A DNA stretch of 64,000 bases from Pseudomonadota bacterium (GTDB lineage: Bacteria > Pseudomonadota > Alphaproteobacteria > RF32 > CAG-239). A program made the translations under genes and the position numbers. The notes below the pieces were generated by a model, which was not told where the DNA came from, searched no databases, and worked only from the letters and a program-made list of their open reading frames with translations. The stretch covers positions 1 to 64,000 of the forward strand of contig CAKJXZ020000014.1 of NCBI GenBank assembly GCA_918234285.1, written 5' to 3'. Positions 40,120 to 48,439 of the stretch are shown piece by piece. Position 1 is the first letter of the stretch, and each line of letters starts with the position of its first letter.

Positions 40120-40190
40120 CGTCTGCGTCTTGCGCAGGGCTTATGCAAGACAGACGATTTTAACCTGATAAGCCTGAAGGGAAGGAAATT
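40120..40190 (+). promoter_or_regulatory. Candidate riboswitch/cis-regulatory RNA, copy 2
   Basis: Stem cgtct/agacg, 2-nt bulge, stem gtcttgcg/tgcaagac, identical loop cagggctta; downstream taagcc complementary to the loop and adjacent to the SD. Confidence 0.7.
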
Positions 40191-40814
40191 ATGACTCAAA
40201 ATATTTTAATGCGGATAGATTTTCAAAATGACTTCGTGCATCCGCACGGTGCGCTCAGTCTGAATGCACCGGAACTTATCACAAAACATCAAAAATTTGC
40301 CGATGCGCTGTTTGACGGCAGTTTTGATAAAATTATCGATACGTATGACACGCATTTTGCCGAAACTTACGGCAATACCTCGGAATCCGACAGCTTTCCG
40401 CCGCATTGTGTGCAAGGCACTTGGGGGTGGCAGCAGGCGGCGCCGTTTAAGCCGGATTTGGCGGTTGAAAAAATGTATAAATCCACCACCAATATTTGGA
40501 ACGAGTTGAAACAATATCGCACTTTGCAACAGGATTGGGGTGATACCAACGTTTATTTGTGCGGCGTTTTGAGCGACGTGTGTGTTAAACAGGCCTTAAA
40601 CGGGCTGTTAAAACACGGTGCTAAAGTGGTGATTATCGAGGATTTATGCCTGGGAGCCAATCAGCAAATCGGCGATATTTTGCAAAAAGAAGCTTATCAG
40701 CCGTTTATTGAGGCAGGTTATCTGCGACGGATTACGACAGCGCAATTTTTCCGCAAAGAATTGCATAATAAAAAAGTTCAACACAATTTAGTTCATAAAA
40801 GTTTAGGAGAATAG
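40191..40814 (+). CDS. pncA: Nicotinamidase (isochorismatase family)
   Basis: IDFQNDF..G.L, DTH, FPPHCVQGTWG, K, GVLSDVCV. Confidence 0.85.
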   Translation: MTQNILMRIDFQNDFVHPHGALSLNAPELITKHQKFADALFDGSFDKIIDTYDTHFAETYGNTSESDSFPPHCVQGTWGWQQAAPFKPDLAVEKMYKSTTNIWNELKQYRTLQQDWGDTNVYLCGVLSDVCVKQALNGLLKHGAKVVIIEDLCLGANQQIGDILQKEAYQPFIEAGYLRRITTAQFFRKELHNKKVQHNLVHKSLGE

Positions 40815-40816
40815 CC

Positions 40817-42310
40817 ATGACAAATACCAGACCGAATATTTTGGAAAACGGAACGCCGTTGTTTTGCGATTTATACCATTTAACCATGGCGCAAGCGTGG
40901 TTTTTGGACGGTAAAGCCGAGGAAATCAAAACTTCGGAAGCGTTCTTTCGGAAAAATCCGTTCGGCGGCAGTTATTTGATGTGTGCCGGCTTGGGTGAAT
41001 TTGTGCAGTGGCTGGAAAATTGGCATTTTACCAAAGATGACATTGATTATCTGCGTCAAGAAAAGAATGCCGACGGCAGTGCGCGTTTTGATAAGCGTTT
41101 TCTGGAATTTATCAAAGACAAAAAACTGCAAATCAGTATTAATGCGGTGCCGGAAGGAGAATTGGTGTTTCCGAACGAGCCGGTGTATTCCGTAACCGGT
41201 CCGACTTGGCAGGTTGATTTGGTGGAAGCGGCCTTGTTAAACGCGTTTAATTCGCAGAGTTTGGTGGCAACCAAGGCATCGCGTATGATATATGCTGCTT
41301 CTTTGGACGGCAAACAACGTCCGCTTTTGGAATTCGGCTTAAGACGCGGGCATGAGATGGGCGGATTTTCCGAAACCAGAGCGGCATTTATCGGCGGTGC
41401 AACCGGCACTTCCAACACCGCGGCGGCCAAACATTACGGGATTCCGGATTCCGGTACTATGGCGCACTCTTTTGTGATGAGCTACGAAAAAGAGGTTGAT
41501 GCCTTTAAGGCCTTTATGCGCGGCAATCCGGGGAATACCACGCTATTGGTCGATACTTATGATACACGCGAGGGAATTAAGCATGCCATTGAAGCAACTA
41601 AGGAAGTCGGTTTGCCGCTGATGGGAATGCGGGTGGATTCCGGCGATTTGGCATATTGGGCGAAGGAAGCGCGCAAAATGATTGATGCCGAGGGCGATAA
41701 TCCGTTGTTTGCCAATGTAAAAATGGTGGCTTCCAATGACTTGGATGAACACCTGATAGAAAATCTGCTGATAGTGCAAAAGGCGCCGTATGATGTTTTG
41801 GCGGCGGGTACCAAGTTGGTTACGGCTTATGATACTCCGGCATTGGGCGGAGTGTTTAAAACCAAGCAATATATGGGACGTCCGTGTATCAAAATCGCCG
41901 AAGGAAAAACTACCATTCCGGGGGCGACCAATGTGGTGCGAATCATACGCAAAGATAAGTTTGAGGGCGATATTATCTGCGGTGCGGCCGATACGGATTT
42001 GGTGCAAGACGGCAAGCTGAGCCGCAATATTACTTCGTATACGCTTGACAGCCTGAACGGATTGAAACGCAATTTTAAAGCCGGCGAGCAGGCTTATTTG
42101 CTGTTGCAACCGGTGGTGCAAAACGGCAAGGTAATCAATCCGCCGGAGTTGAATTTGCAAAAACTGCAGCAACGCGGCAAGGCTAATTTGGCACGGCTTG
42201 ACGAAGCATACAAGCGTTTGGCCAATCCGCATATTTACGGCGTGGGATTGGAAACAAACCTGTATAATACGCGGCAAAGTCTGATTATGAATGCCGGGAA
42301 GGGGAGATAG
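40817..42310 (+). CDS. pncB: Nicotinate phosphoribosyltransferase
   Basis: DLYHLTM, FFRKNPF, EFGLRR, GTMAHS, LVDTYD, RVDSGDL, ASNDLDE. Confidence 0.95.
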   Translation: MTNTRPNILENGTPLFCDLYHLTMAQAWFLDGKAEEIKTSEAFFRKNPFGGSYLMCAGLGEFVQWLENWHFTKDDIDYLRQEKNADGSARFDKRFLEFIKDKKLQISINAVPEGELVFPNEPVYSVTGPTWQVDLVEAALLNAFNSQSLVATKASRMIYAASLDGKQRPLLEFGLRRGHEMGGFSETRAAFIGGATGTSNTAAAKHYGIPDSGTMAHSFVMSYEKEVDAFKAFMRGNPGNTTLLVDTYDTREGIKHAIEATKEVGLPLMGMRVDSGDLAYWAKEARKMIDAEGDNPLFANVKMVASNDLDEHLIENLLIVQKAPYDVLAAGTKLVTAYDTPALGGVFKTKQYMGRPCIKIAEGKTTIPGATNVVRIIRKDKFEGDIICGAADTDLVQDGKLSRNITSYTLDSLNGLKRNFKAGEQAYLLLQPVVQNGKVINPPELNLQKLQQRGKANLARLDEAYKRLANPHIYGVGLETNLYNTRQSLIMNAGKGR

Positions 42311-43093
42311 ATGATGGAAAAACTTTGGCATAAATTGCAAAGCGGCTTGCGGCAATATTGCGCCGAAAACGGTTTTAATAAAGCAATTCTCGGACTTTCC
42401 GGCGGGCTGGATTCGGCGCTGACCGCGGTGTTGGCGGCAGATGTTTTAGGTGGCGAAAATGTTACGGCGATTATGATGAAAACTCAATATACATCTGATT
42501 TGAGCCTGCAAATTGCCCGCGAAACGGCTAAGCTCAACCATCTTGATTATCATGAGTTGGATATTGAACCGTTGGTGCAGGCGGAAATCGGCTTTTTAGC
42601 GCAGGCTTTTAAGGCTCCCGTGCGCGGTATTACGGCAGAAAATTTGCAGGCACGCATTCGCGGACAGCTGTTGATGGCGTGGTCCAACCAAAACGGCGGG
42701 TTGGTGTTGGCTTGCGGCAACAAATCGGAGGCATTGACCGGATATTGTACGCTCTATGGTGACACTTGCGGCGGTTTAATGCCGATAGGTAACGTATATA
42801 AAACCACGATTTTCGCATTGGCCAAATGGCGCAATACTTTAGGATATGCTTTGCCGGAAGCGGTAATCACGCGGGCACCGTCGGCAGAACTTGCGGCAGG
42901 GCAAAAAGATGAAGACTCGTTGCCGCCATACGCTGTTTTGGACGAAGTATTGAAATTGCTTTATGATGAGCAAAAGTCAGTAGCAGAAGCGGTTGCTGCC
43001 GGATTTAATACGGCTTTGGTCGAGCGGGTGGAAAAATTAATTCGCCGCTCGGAGTTCAAACGCAAACAGATGGCGACTGCTCTGGCGGTATAA
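42311..43093 (+). CDS. nadE: NAD+ synthetase (single domain, no glutaminase domain)
   Basis: LGLSGGLDS, ENLQARIRG, GNKSE, GYCTLYGD, APSAEL..GQKDEDSLPPY. Confidence 0.95.
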   Translation: MMEKLWHKLQSGLRQYCAENGFNKAILGLSGGLDSALTAVLAADVLGGENVTAIMMKTQYTSDLSLQIARETAKLNHLDYHELDIEPLVQAEIGFLAQAFKAPVRGITAENLQARIRGQLLMAWSNQNGGLVLACGNKSEALTGYCTLYGDTCGGLMPIGNVYKTTIFALAKWRNTLGYALPEAVITRAPSAELAAGQKDEDSLPPYAVLDEVLKLLYDEQKSVAEAVAAGFNTALVERVEKLIRRSEFKRKQMATALAV

Positions 43094-43109
43094 TATCCGA
43101 AATCCGTGC

Positions 43110-43140
43110 AAAAAAACGTTCCGCAAGGGACGTTTTTTTT
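43110..43140 (+). terminator. Intrinsic terminator of the NAD operon
   Basis: aaaaaacgttcc-gcaa-gggacgtttttttt. Confidence 0.85.
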
Positions 43141-43222
43141 ACGGCAAATTTTGAAGCCGGAATTATATTGCAAAATGACAAAAATAGTGCTACTATAATG
43201 CGGAACAAATAAGGGGAAATTT

Positions 43223-45262
43223 ATGACCGAAGAAAAAACGCAAAGAGAACGCAATCAGGATATCTTGGAGGCATACGACGGGTCGGACATTATGCATCCG
43301 CAGGTTATATTGCGCAAAGTTAAGCAAGTTGACGGCAATATTCTTGATGATGAATTGTTCGGCGTGAAGCTCAGTTGCTATCGCGCATATGATGCCTATG
43401 AAATAATGGAAAAGTTGCCGGAGAAATTTCAATGGGCAGGCTGGAGTATTGCCGATTTTATGGCTGAATATACAAAGCTGCTGGAGCACCCGACGGAGAG
43501 AATACAGTTGGAAGCGTTGGCAAAAAGCGGTTGCCGGATTTTTATTGAGGACAAATGCTCCTCAATGGGAGGAAACAGTAAAAGTGCCGGATACAGAGGA
43601 CAATCTTCACATATTGCGGGAAAACCGGCCATTAAATTGGTGGCATACATATTTGGCGACAGAACTTTTTTGCACGAAGCCATACATAATTCGGATTTGC
43701 GTTTGGGCTGGAATTATTTCACTAAGCAAAAGATTTATCAGGCGGCGATTATGATGCTTGACGCGCAAAAAATTCAAGCTTCTCACGGCTATCAAAGCGT
43801 AAAAAAACTGCGCCAGATTAACGAGGTTTATCAGGACGGCGAAATATATACCGAGGGCTTGGCCTGGATTGGCTCCATGTCGATGGAAGAATTGGCTCAT
43901 GAAAAAAATCATATCGGCAAAAACCTGAAAGTTCTGCATTCTCTGTATACCGAGGCATTGTTAAAAGAGCAAGGGGCGGTGTTGGATTGTTTTCGCTTTT
44001 GGCAACCTTCGGCGCATATAGAAAAATTGTTGGAAACTTATAATGCCAACGGCCAGAAAATCGGCAAAGAGCGCGATAAAATATTAAAACAACAGAAGCA
44101 TCTCTGGGACGAAATGATGAAATTCCGTAAGGAAATAAATAAACTCAAAGTAAACGGGCTGGAGAGCAAAACATTGTCGCTTGGGGGCGGTTCGTATTAT
44201 TGCCAAACCGGCGGCGTTAAATCGCTGTTTCCGTTGTATATGGCGCAAGACAAGGCCGACAAAGCATTTCAACAAATTGAAGATGATGAAAAATTGTCGT
44301 CGAACACCAAAAAGCGGAGGCATACCGCAGTATTAAAAGCGTTGTTTAAGGAAATTAAGGCGGGAGATTTGAACGTTCCTTCATTGTTTGCGGAAAAGTT
44401 TTTGACCTGCGAGGAATATCTGTATAAAATGCGTAAATATTATCCGTCTTATGATTATAATGATATGCTTTTCGATTTGTCGCCGAAGGAAAACGAGCCG
44501 AAAGGAATCGCCGGGCGTAAGCGGCTTTATGATAATTTGGAGGCTCAGGCCAATATTTTGTATATGCAGATGCATTCCGTTTATACGCTCAAGGAGTGTG
44601 CGTTGGCATATTTATATAAGGCATATCACGAATCCGTGCGTTCCGGCGATGAAATGGTCAAAATGGCAATGATGAACGATATGAGTTCGCTTGAACATAA
44701 AAGAGAGTATGTAAAAGACTTGATAACCAGAGCGCGGGAAAAAACGTCGCGGCGTATGACAGGGCGTTATGCGGCAGAAGCCTTTATGGGCATGGAATAT
44801 TTGTTGCAGAAATATAATCTGCCGCGAAATACGCACGGGGTGTTGGAAGCGGATGATTTGCGGAATTTTCACACTTCGGAGAAAGTCGTTGATGATTTAA
44901 AATGGCTTAAGACCGAAGAAAATGCCGACGGCTTGCCGCTTGAAATGTATAAGTGTTTTGATGCGGGAATTGTCAGCGATTATTGCTCGCGACCGGCAAG
45001 CGCTTTCAATGCTAAAAGCGAGGATTACTTACCGAATAACTATAGAAATCAGGACTCACAAAAGGTTGCCTATACTCGCGCCTTGTATGAATTTTTGGCA
45101 CTGCGACACGCTTATCAGGCCAAAACGCATTGCAAGAAATTTCCGCAACATTTGCAGTTGCAGGCGTTTATGCCGAACTCCGATTATTACAGACAAATCA
45201 GATCTTTAGCGGCACCTCAGGTAATTTCTGCAAAAGATTCTAAAGATAACGGCGGAAAGTGA
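43223..45262 (+). CDS. Orphan protein with HExxH zinc-metallopeptidase-like motif
   Basis: TFLHEAIHNSD with a downstream EIYTEGLA helix; 679 aa. Confidence 0.65.
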   Translation: MTEEKTQRERNQDILEAYDGSDIMHPQVILRKVKQVDGNILDDELFGVKLSCYRAYDAYEIMEKLPEKFQWAGWSIADFMAEYTKLLEHPTERIQLEALAKSGCRIFIEDKCSSMGGNSKSAGYRGQSSHIAGKPAIKLVAYIFGDRTFLHEAIHNSDLRLGWNYFTKQKIYQAAIMMLDAQKIQASHGYQSVKKLRQINEVYQDGEIYTEGLAWIGSMSMEELAHEKNHIGKNLKVLHSLYTEALLKEQGAVLDCFRFWQPSAHIEKLLETYNANGQKIGKERDKILKQQKHLWDEMMKFRKEINKLKVNGLESKTLSLGGGSYYCQTGGVKSLFPLYMAQDKADKAFQQIEDDEKLSSNTKKRRHTAVLKALFKEIKAGDLNVPSLFAEKFLTCEEYLYKMRKYYPSYDYNDMLFDLSPKENEPKGIAGRKRLYDNLEAQANILYMQMHSVYTLKECALAYLYKAYHESVRSGDEMVKMAMMNDMSSLEHKREYVKDLITRAREKTSRRMTGRYAAEAFMGMEYLLQKYNLPRNTHGVLEADDLRNFHTSEKVVDDLKWLKTEENADGLPLEMYKCFDAGIVSDYCSRPASAFNAKSEDYLPNNYRNQDSQKVAYTRALYEFLALRHAYQAKTHCKKFPQHLQLQAFMPNSDYYRQIRSLAAPQVISAKDSKDNGGK

Positions 45263-45304
45263 TTTTTTACTTGACAAAATATTTCAATGTGCTACACTGA
45301 ACCC

Positions 45305-45650
45305 GTATTGATATTATGTATATACCGTTTATTTTATGATTAATCGGACATTCAATTAGGTTCGCGCTTCTTCCCCCGCTCAAAATATAGACACCAGGGA
45401 TTAAGGAAGACGCACGAGGGAGAGTTTTAGCACGGTCGGTACCAAAGGAAGGTACTTGTAACCTATACGGCTTGACTTTCTTGCAATGATTTATCGTTGC
45501 CCTGCTATCTGATTGTGATGTCCAAAACGTGGCTTATTCTTTTATTCGGATTATAATCCGATATTGGAAATAAAGCCACAAAAGAATGAGTGCCGTTTGC
45601 AAAACAAATGGCACGAAAGTAAACGGCCCCGCTTATGTGGGCCCTTTTTT
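45305..45650 (+). ncRNA. Candidate structured ncRNA of about 345 nt
   Basis: TTGACA-16-TACACT promoter (45271-45298), no credible ORF, many stems, terminal ggccc/gggcc plus T6. Confidence 0.5.
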
Positions 45651-45744
45651 ATTTTAAAATATCATACTTTTTTATTTGACAAAAAGGAAAATAAATGCTA
45701 CTTTAATCGGAGTTTATTTATTACTTACAAATTTTTCTCAATTT

Positions 45745-46329
45745 ATGTACAATCCAAACGAAGTGAATCCCTATTTTTTCGGGGATGCAGACAAGGTCGA
45801 TGAACTGTGTGAATTGTTGAAGGATGCTCGCAACATCGTGGCACCCGACGACGAGAAGTATTTGTTCGAGCCCGCCTATAGGCCGGCGCTGTTCGAGTAT
45901 CTAAAGCACCATTCCCTGCACGAGATTAATCAGGGTTTGATGTTTCGCCAGGAGAACGAGGATGTTCTTCTGCTCTTTCTGGAAAACTGGGTGCTCGGTT
46001 CGGTATACGAGGCCAGATTATTTGAGCCGGAGTTCCGCGGTAAGTATCTGATGAAGTACATCGAGTTTCATAACTTTGCCGACCACGACAACGAAATGCT
46101 CCTCTGGGGAAGAGGTATGCGCGAGTATCGTCGTTTCTATATCAACCAAACGGAGTTCCATATCCGTGAGGCTGAGTTGAAACTGCTGAAACCGGAAAAT
46201 GCCGAGGACCTGCAAATCTACGTTAAGAACAAGAGGCGCTTCTTCCGCGATGTCGAACCCGAGTTCCGCAAGAAGGCAGCTCCCGAGTTGGTGGCTCTGT
46301 ACGATTTGTATCACAACGCTAAGGCGTAA
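45745..46329 (+). CDS. Hypothetical protein with degenerate internal repeats
   Basis: Start MYNPNEV at 45745; repeats like E..LFEP....L..Y; promoter TTGACA-17-TACTTT at 45676; terminator 46334-46380. Confidence 0.7.
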   Translation: MYNPNEVNPYFFGDADKVDELCELLKDARNIVAPDDEKYLFEPAYRPALFEYLKHHSLHEINQGLMFRQENEDVLLLFLENWVLGSVYEARLFEPEFRGKYLMKYIEFHNFADHDNEMLLWGRGMREYRRFYINQTEFHIREAELKLLKPENAEDLQIYVKNKRRFFRDVEPEFRKKAAPELVALYDLYHNAKA

Positions 46330-46378
46330 TTATATCCCCGAAATGCTGCTTGAATGCCGCGTTCGGGGATAAAATTTT

Positions 46379-46759
46379 TTAATAACAATCGTCGCCGTTG
46401 AAATTAAAATCCGTTATAATATTGTTGCGGATTACAAAGGTGGTTTTGCAATAAAACAACGGTGTCGGCACCGGCAAACCGTAGTCAGGAACCGCCATGG
46501 CGGCATAACTCAACTCACCGGCATAGGGCTGATAATTATCGTCTGCCGGTTTATTCGCCGAGCCAAAATAAACGGCTAAATAGGTGTTATCGGCAACCGG
46601 AGTGATTTGCTGCGGCTGGCCCCATGAGGTATAAAGATAAGCAGCACTTTTGCCAACCATATCTTCAAGCTTTTCCTGATATACGGAGCGGGAATAGCCA
46701 ACGTTTTGACAAGCGGAAACAAGAAGTATTCCCGCCAACAAATATATGAATTTTTGCAT
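46379..46759 (-). CDS. Hypothetical lipoprotein
   Basis: LVSAC lipobox; WGQP and CKTTF motifs. Confidence 0.75.
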   Translation of the reverse strand: MQKFIYLLAGILLVSACQNVGYSRSVYQEKLEDMVGKSAAYLYTSWGQPQQITPVADNTYLAVYFGSANKPADDNYQPYAGELSYAAMAVPDYGLPVPTPLFYCKTTFVIRNNIITDFNFNGDDCY

Positions 46760-46760
46760 T

Positions 46761-48077
46761 TTATTTCCTTATACTTATATCCTGATTTTGTTCGCATATT
46801 TTACTGAGGCGCGCCAAATCGTCTGCGCGTATGCTTACGGTATAAGTATTTTCGTTTTCCGAATTTTCAAGTTTTTCTATGTGGCTGTTTTGGTGCAGCC
46901 AAGCCGCGGTTTTGCCGTCGGATACGGGAAAAATAACCTGGCAACGAATATGCGCCGAGGTCAGTTTTTGCTCGATAAGGTGCAAGAGACTATCGCAACC
47001 GGCACCGTTATAGGCCGAAGTCAGAACCGTTCCGTTCTTATCTTTGATTTTATTGTGCCAGCTCTGTCTTTCGTCGGGCTCCAGCAAGTCGGACTTATTC
47101 AGGACCTCGATATAGTTGTCGGCATATTGAATTTCGTTAAGACCGAGGTTGGCCAAAACCTGCAGTACGTCGGTGCGTTGGGTATTGCTGTCCGGATTGG
47201 AAATATCGCGCACGTGGAGGATGATATCGGCATTCAACACTTCTTCCAAGGTAGCGCGGAAGGCCATAATCAGTTCGTGCGGCAAATCAGAAATAAAGCC
47301 CACGGTGTCGGAGAGGATAATCTCCATACCGTGCGGCAGGGCTATTTTGCGCATAGTCGGGTCAAGCGTGGCAAAAAGCATATCCGCCGCCATTACATTG
47401 CTTTGCGTCAGTTTATTGAATAAAGTGGATTTTCCGGCGTTGGTGTATCCCACCAAGGCAACAATCGGGTAGGGCACTTTGCGGCGGGCACTGCGTTGAA
47501 TGTCGCGGGTTTTCCGCACCTTTTCCAAATCTTTTTTTATGCGGACGATTTTATCATCAATAATGCGGCGATCGAGTTCGATTTGGGTTTCGCCCGGGCC
47601 GCCCAAAAAACCGGCACCGCCGCGCTGACGCTCCAAGTGAGTCCAACTGCGGACCAAGCGCGAGCGCTGATAGGTTAAGTGTGCCAGTTCAACCTGTAAT
47701 GCACCTTCTTTGGTTTGCGCCCGCTCGCCGAAAATCTCCAAAATAAGCGCGGTGCGATCAATAACCTTCAGTTTGAGTTCGCGCTCGAGATTGCGTTGTT
47801 GAATCGGGCTTAAGCGCGTGTCAACCACCATCAGGTCGATATTTTGCTCGGCGATAATCGGCTGCATCCGCTCGATAAAACCGCGACTGAAATAGGTGGC
47901 CGGCTTGAGTTCTTTTAAGTTGACGATTTCGCTGTATGCAATATCCAGCTTGATGGCTTGAGCCAAGCCTTTGGCTTCTTCCAAACGGCTTTCGGGAGAC
48001 AAACTCAGGGTTTCGCCCGCAACAATCGGGCAAATAACACAAGTTTTGCAAACAGGATTTTGTTGATATTCTATCAC
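46761..48077 (-). CDS. hflX: GTPase HflX
   Basis: GPGETQIELDRR, GYTNAGKS, FATLDPT, DTVGF, NKSD; downstream of hfq. Confidence 0.96.
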   Translation of the reverse strand: MIEYQQNPVCKTCVICPIVAGETLSLSPESRLEEAKGLAQAIKLDIAYSEIVNLKELKPATYFSRGFIERMQPIIAEQNIDLMVVDTRLSPIQQRNLERELKLKVIDRTALILEIFGERAQTKEGALQVELAHLTYQRSRLVRSWTHLERQRGGAGFLGGPGETQIELDRRIIDDKIVRIKKDLEKVRKTRDIQRSARRKVPYPIVALVGYTNAGKSTLFNKLTQSNVMAADMLFATLDPTMRKIALPHGMEIILSDTVGFISDLPHELIMAFRATLEEVLNADIILHVRDISNPDSNTQRTDVLQVLANLGLNEIQYADNYIEVLNKSDLLEPDERQSWHNKIKDKNGTVLTSAYNGAGCDSLLHLIEQKLTSAHIRCQVIFPVSDGKTAAWLHQNSHIEKLENSENENTYTVSIRADDLARLSKICEQNQDISIRK

Positions 48078-48292
48078 TATTCTTCGGCAATATCCAATGC
48101 AACGCTCGGCATAATGGTAGAAACAGCGTGTTTATATACCAACTGTGTATGACCATCGCGGCGCAACAACAAACTTTCTTCATCCTGTGCCGTAATAATG
48201 CCCTGAAGCTTAACACCGTTAATCAAAAACACGGTGACGGCCACTTTTTCTTCTTTAATATCGTTCAAGAAATCACTTTGTACTTTGTTCAT
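48077..48292 (-). CDS. hfq: RNA chaperone Hfq
   Basis: [26 protein letters not shown]. Confidence 0.93.
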   Translation of the reverse strand: MNKVQSDFLNDIKEEKVAVTVFLINGVKLQGIITAQDEESLLLRRDGHTQLVYKHAVSTIMPSVALDIAEE

Positions 48293-48439
48293 TATTTTTA
48301 TCCTTGTTTAAAAGTATCTCTGAGATTACGATATAAAACTTTTTTGCATAAAAATCCACGATATTTGTACTTTTTTACACGGAATATTTACGATTTTACG
48401 CCTAAAATATCAAAAAATACGCAAACAAAGGAGGGTAGC

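Noticed and set aside
39570-43093. Phage-type NAD reconstitution (NARP) anti-defence pathway or a prophage
   Set aside because: The enzymes are the PncA/PncB/NadE deamidating route, not ADPR-PP synthetase/NAMPT, and no phage structural or integrase genes are present.
45440-45478. Group II intron domain V on the minus strand (agccgtat...)
   Set aside because: The complementary 3' arm (gtacggtt-like) and domain VI are missing, and there is no RT ORF.
48128-48439. 104-aa N-terminal extension of MurG in the ORF track
   Set aside because: It overlaps hfq on the opposite strand. The true start at 48440 has a strong SD and the canonical MurG N-terminus.
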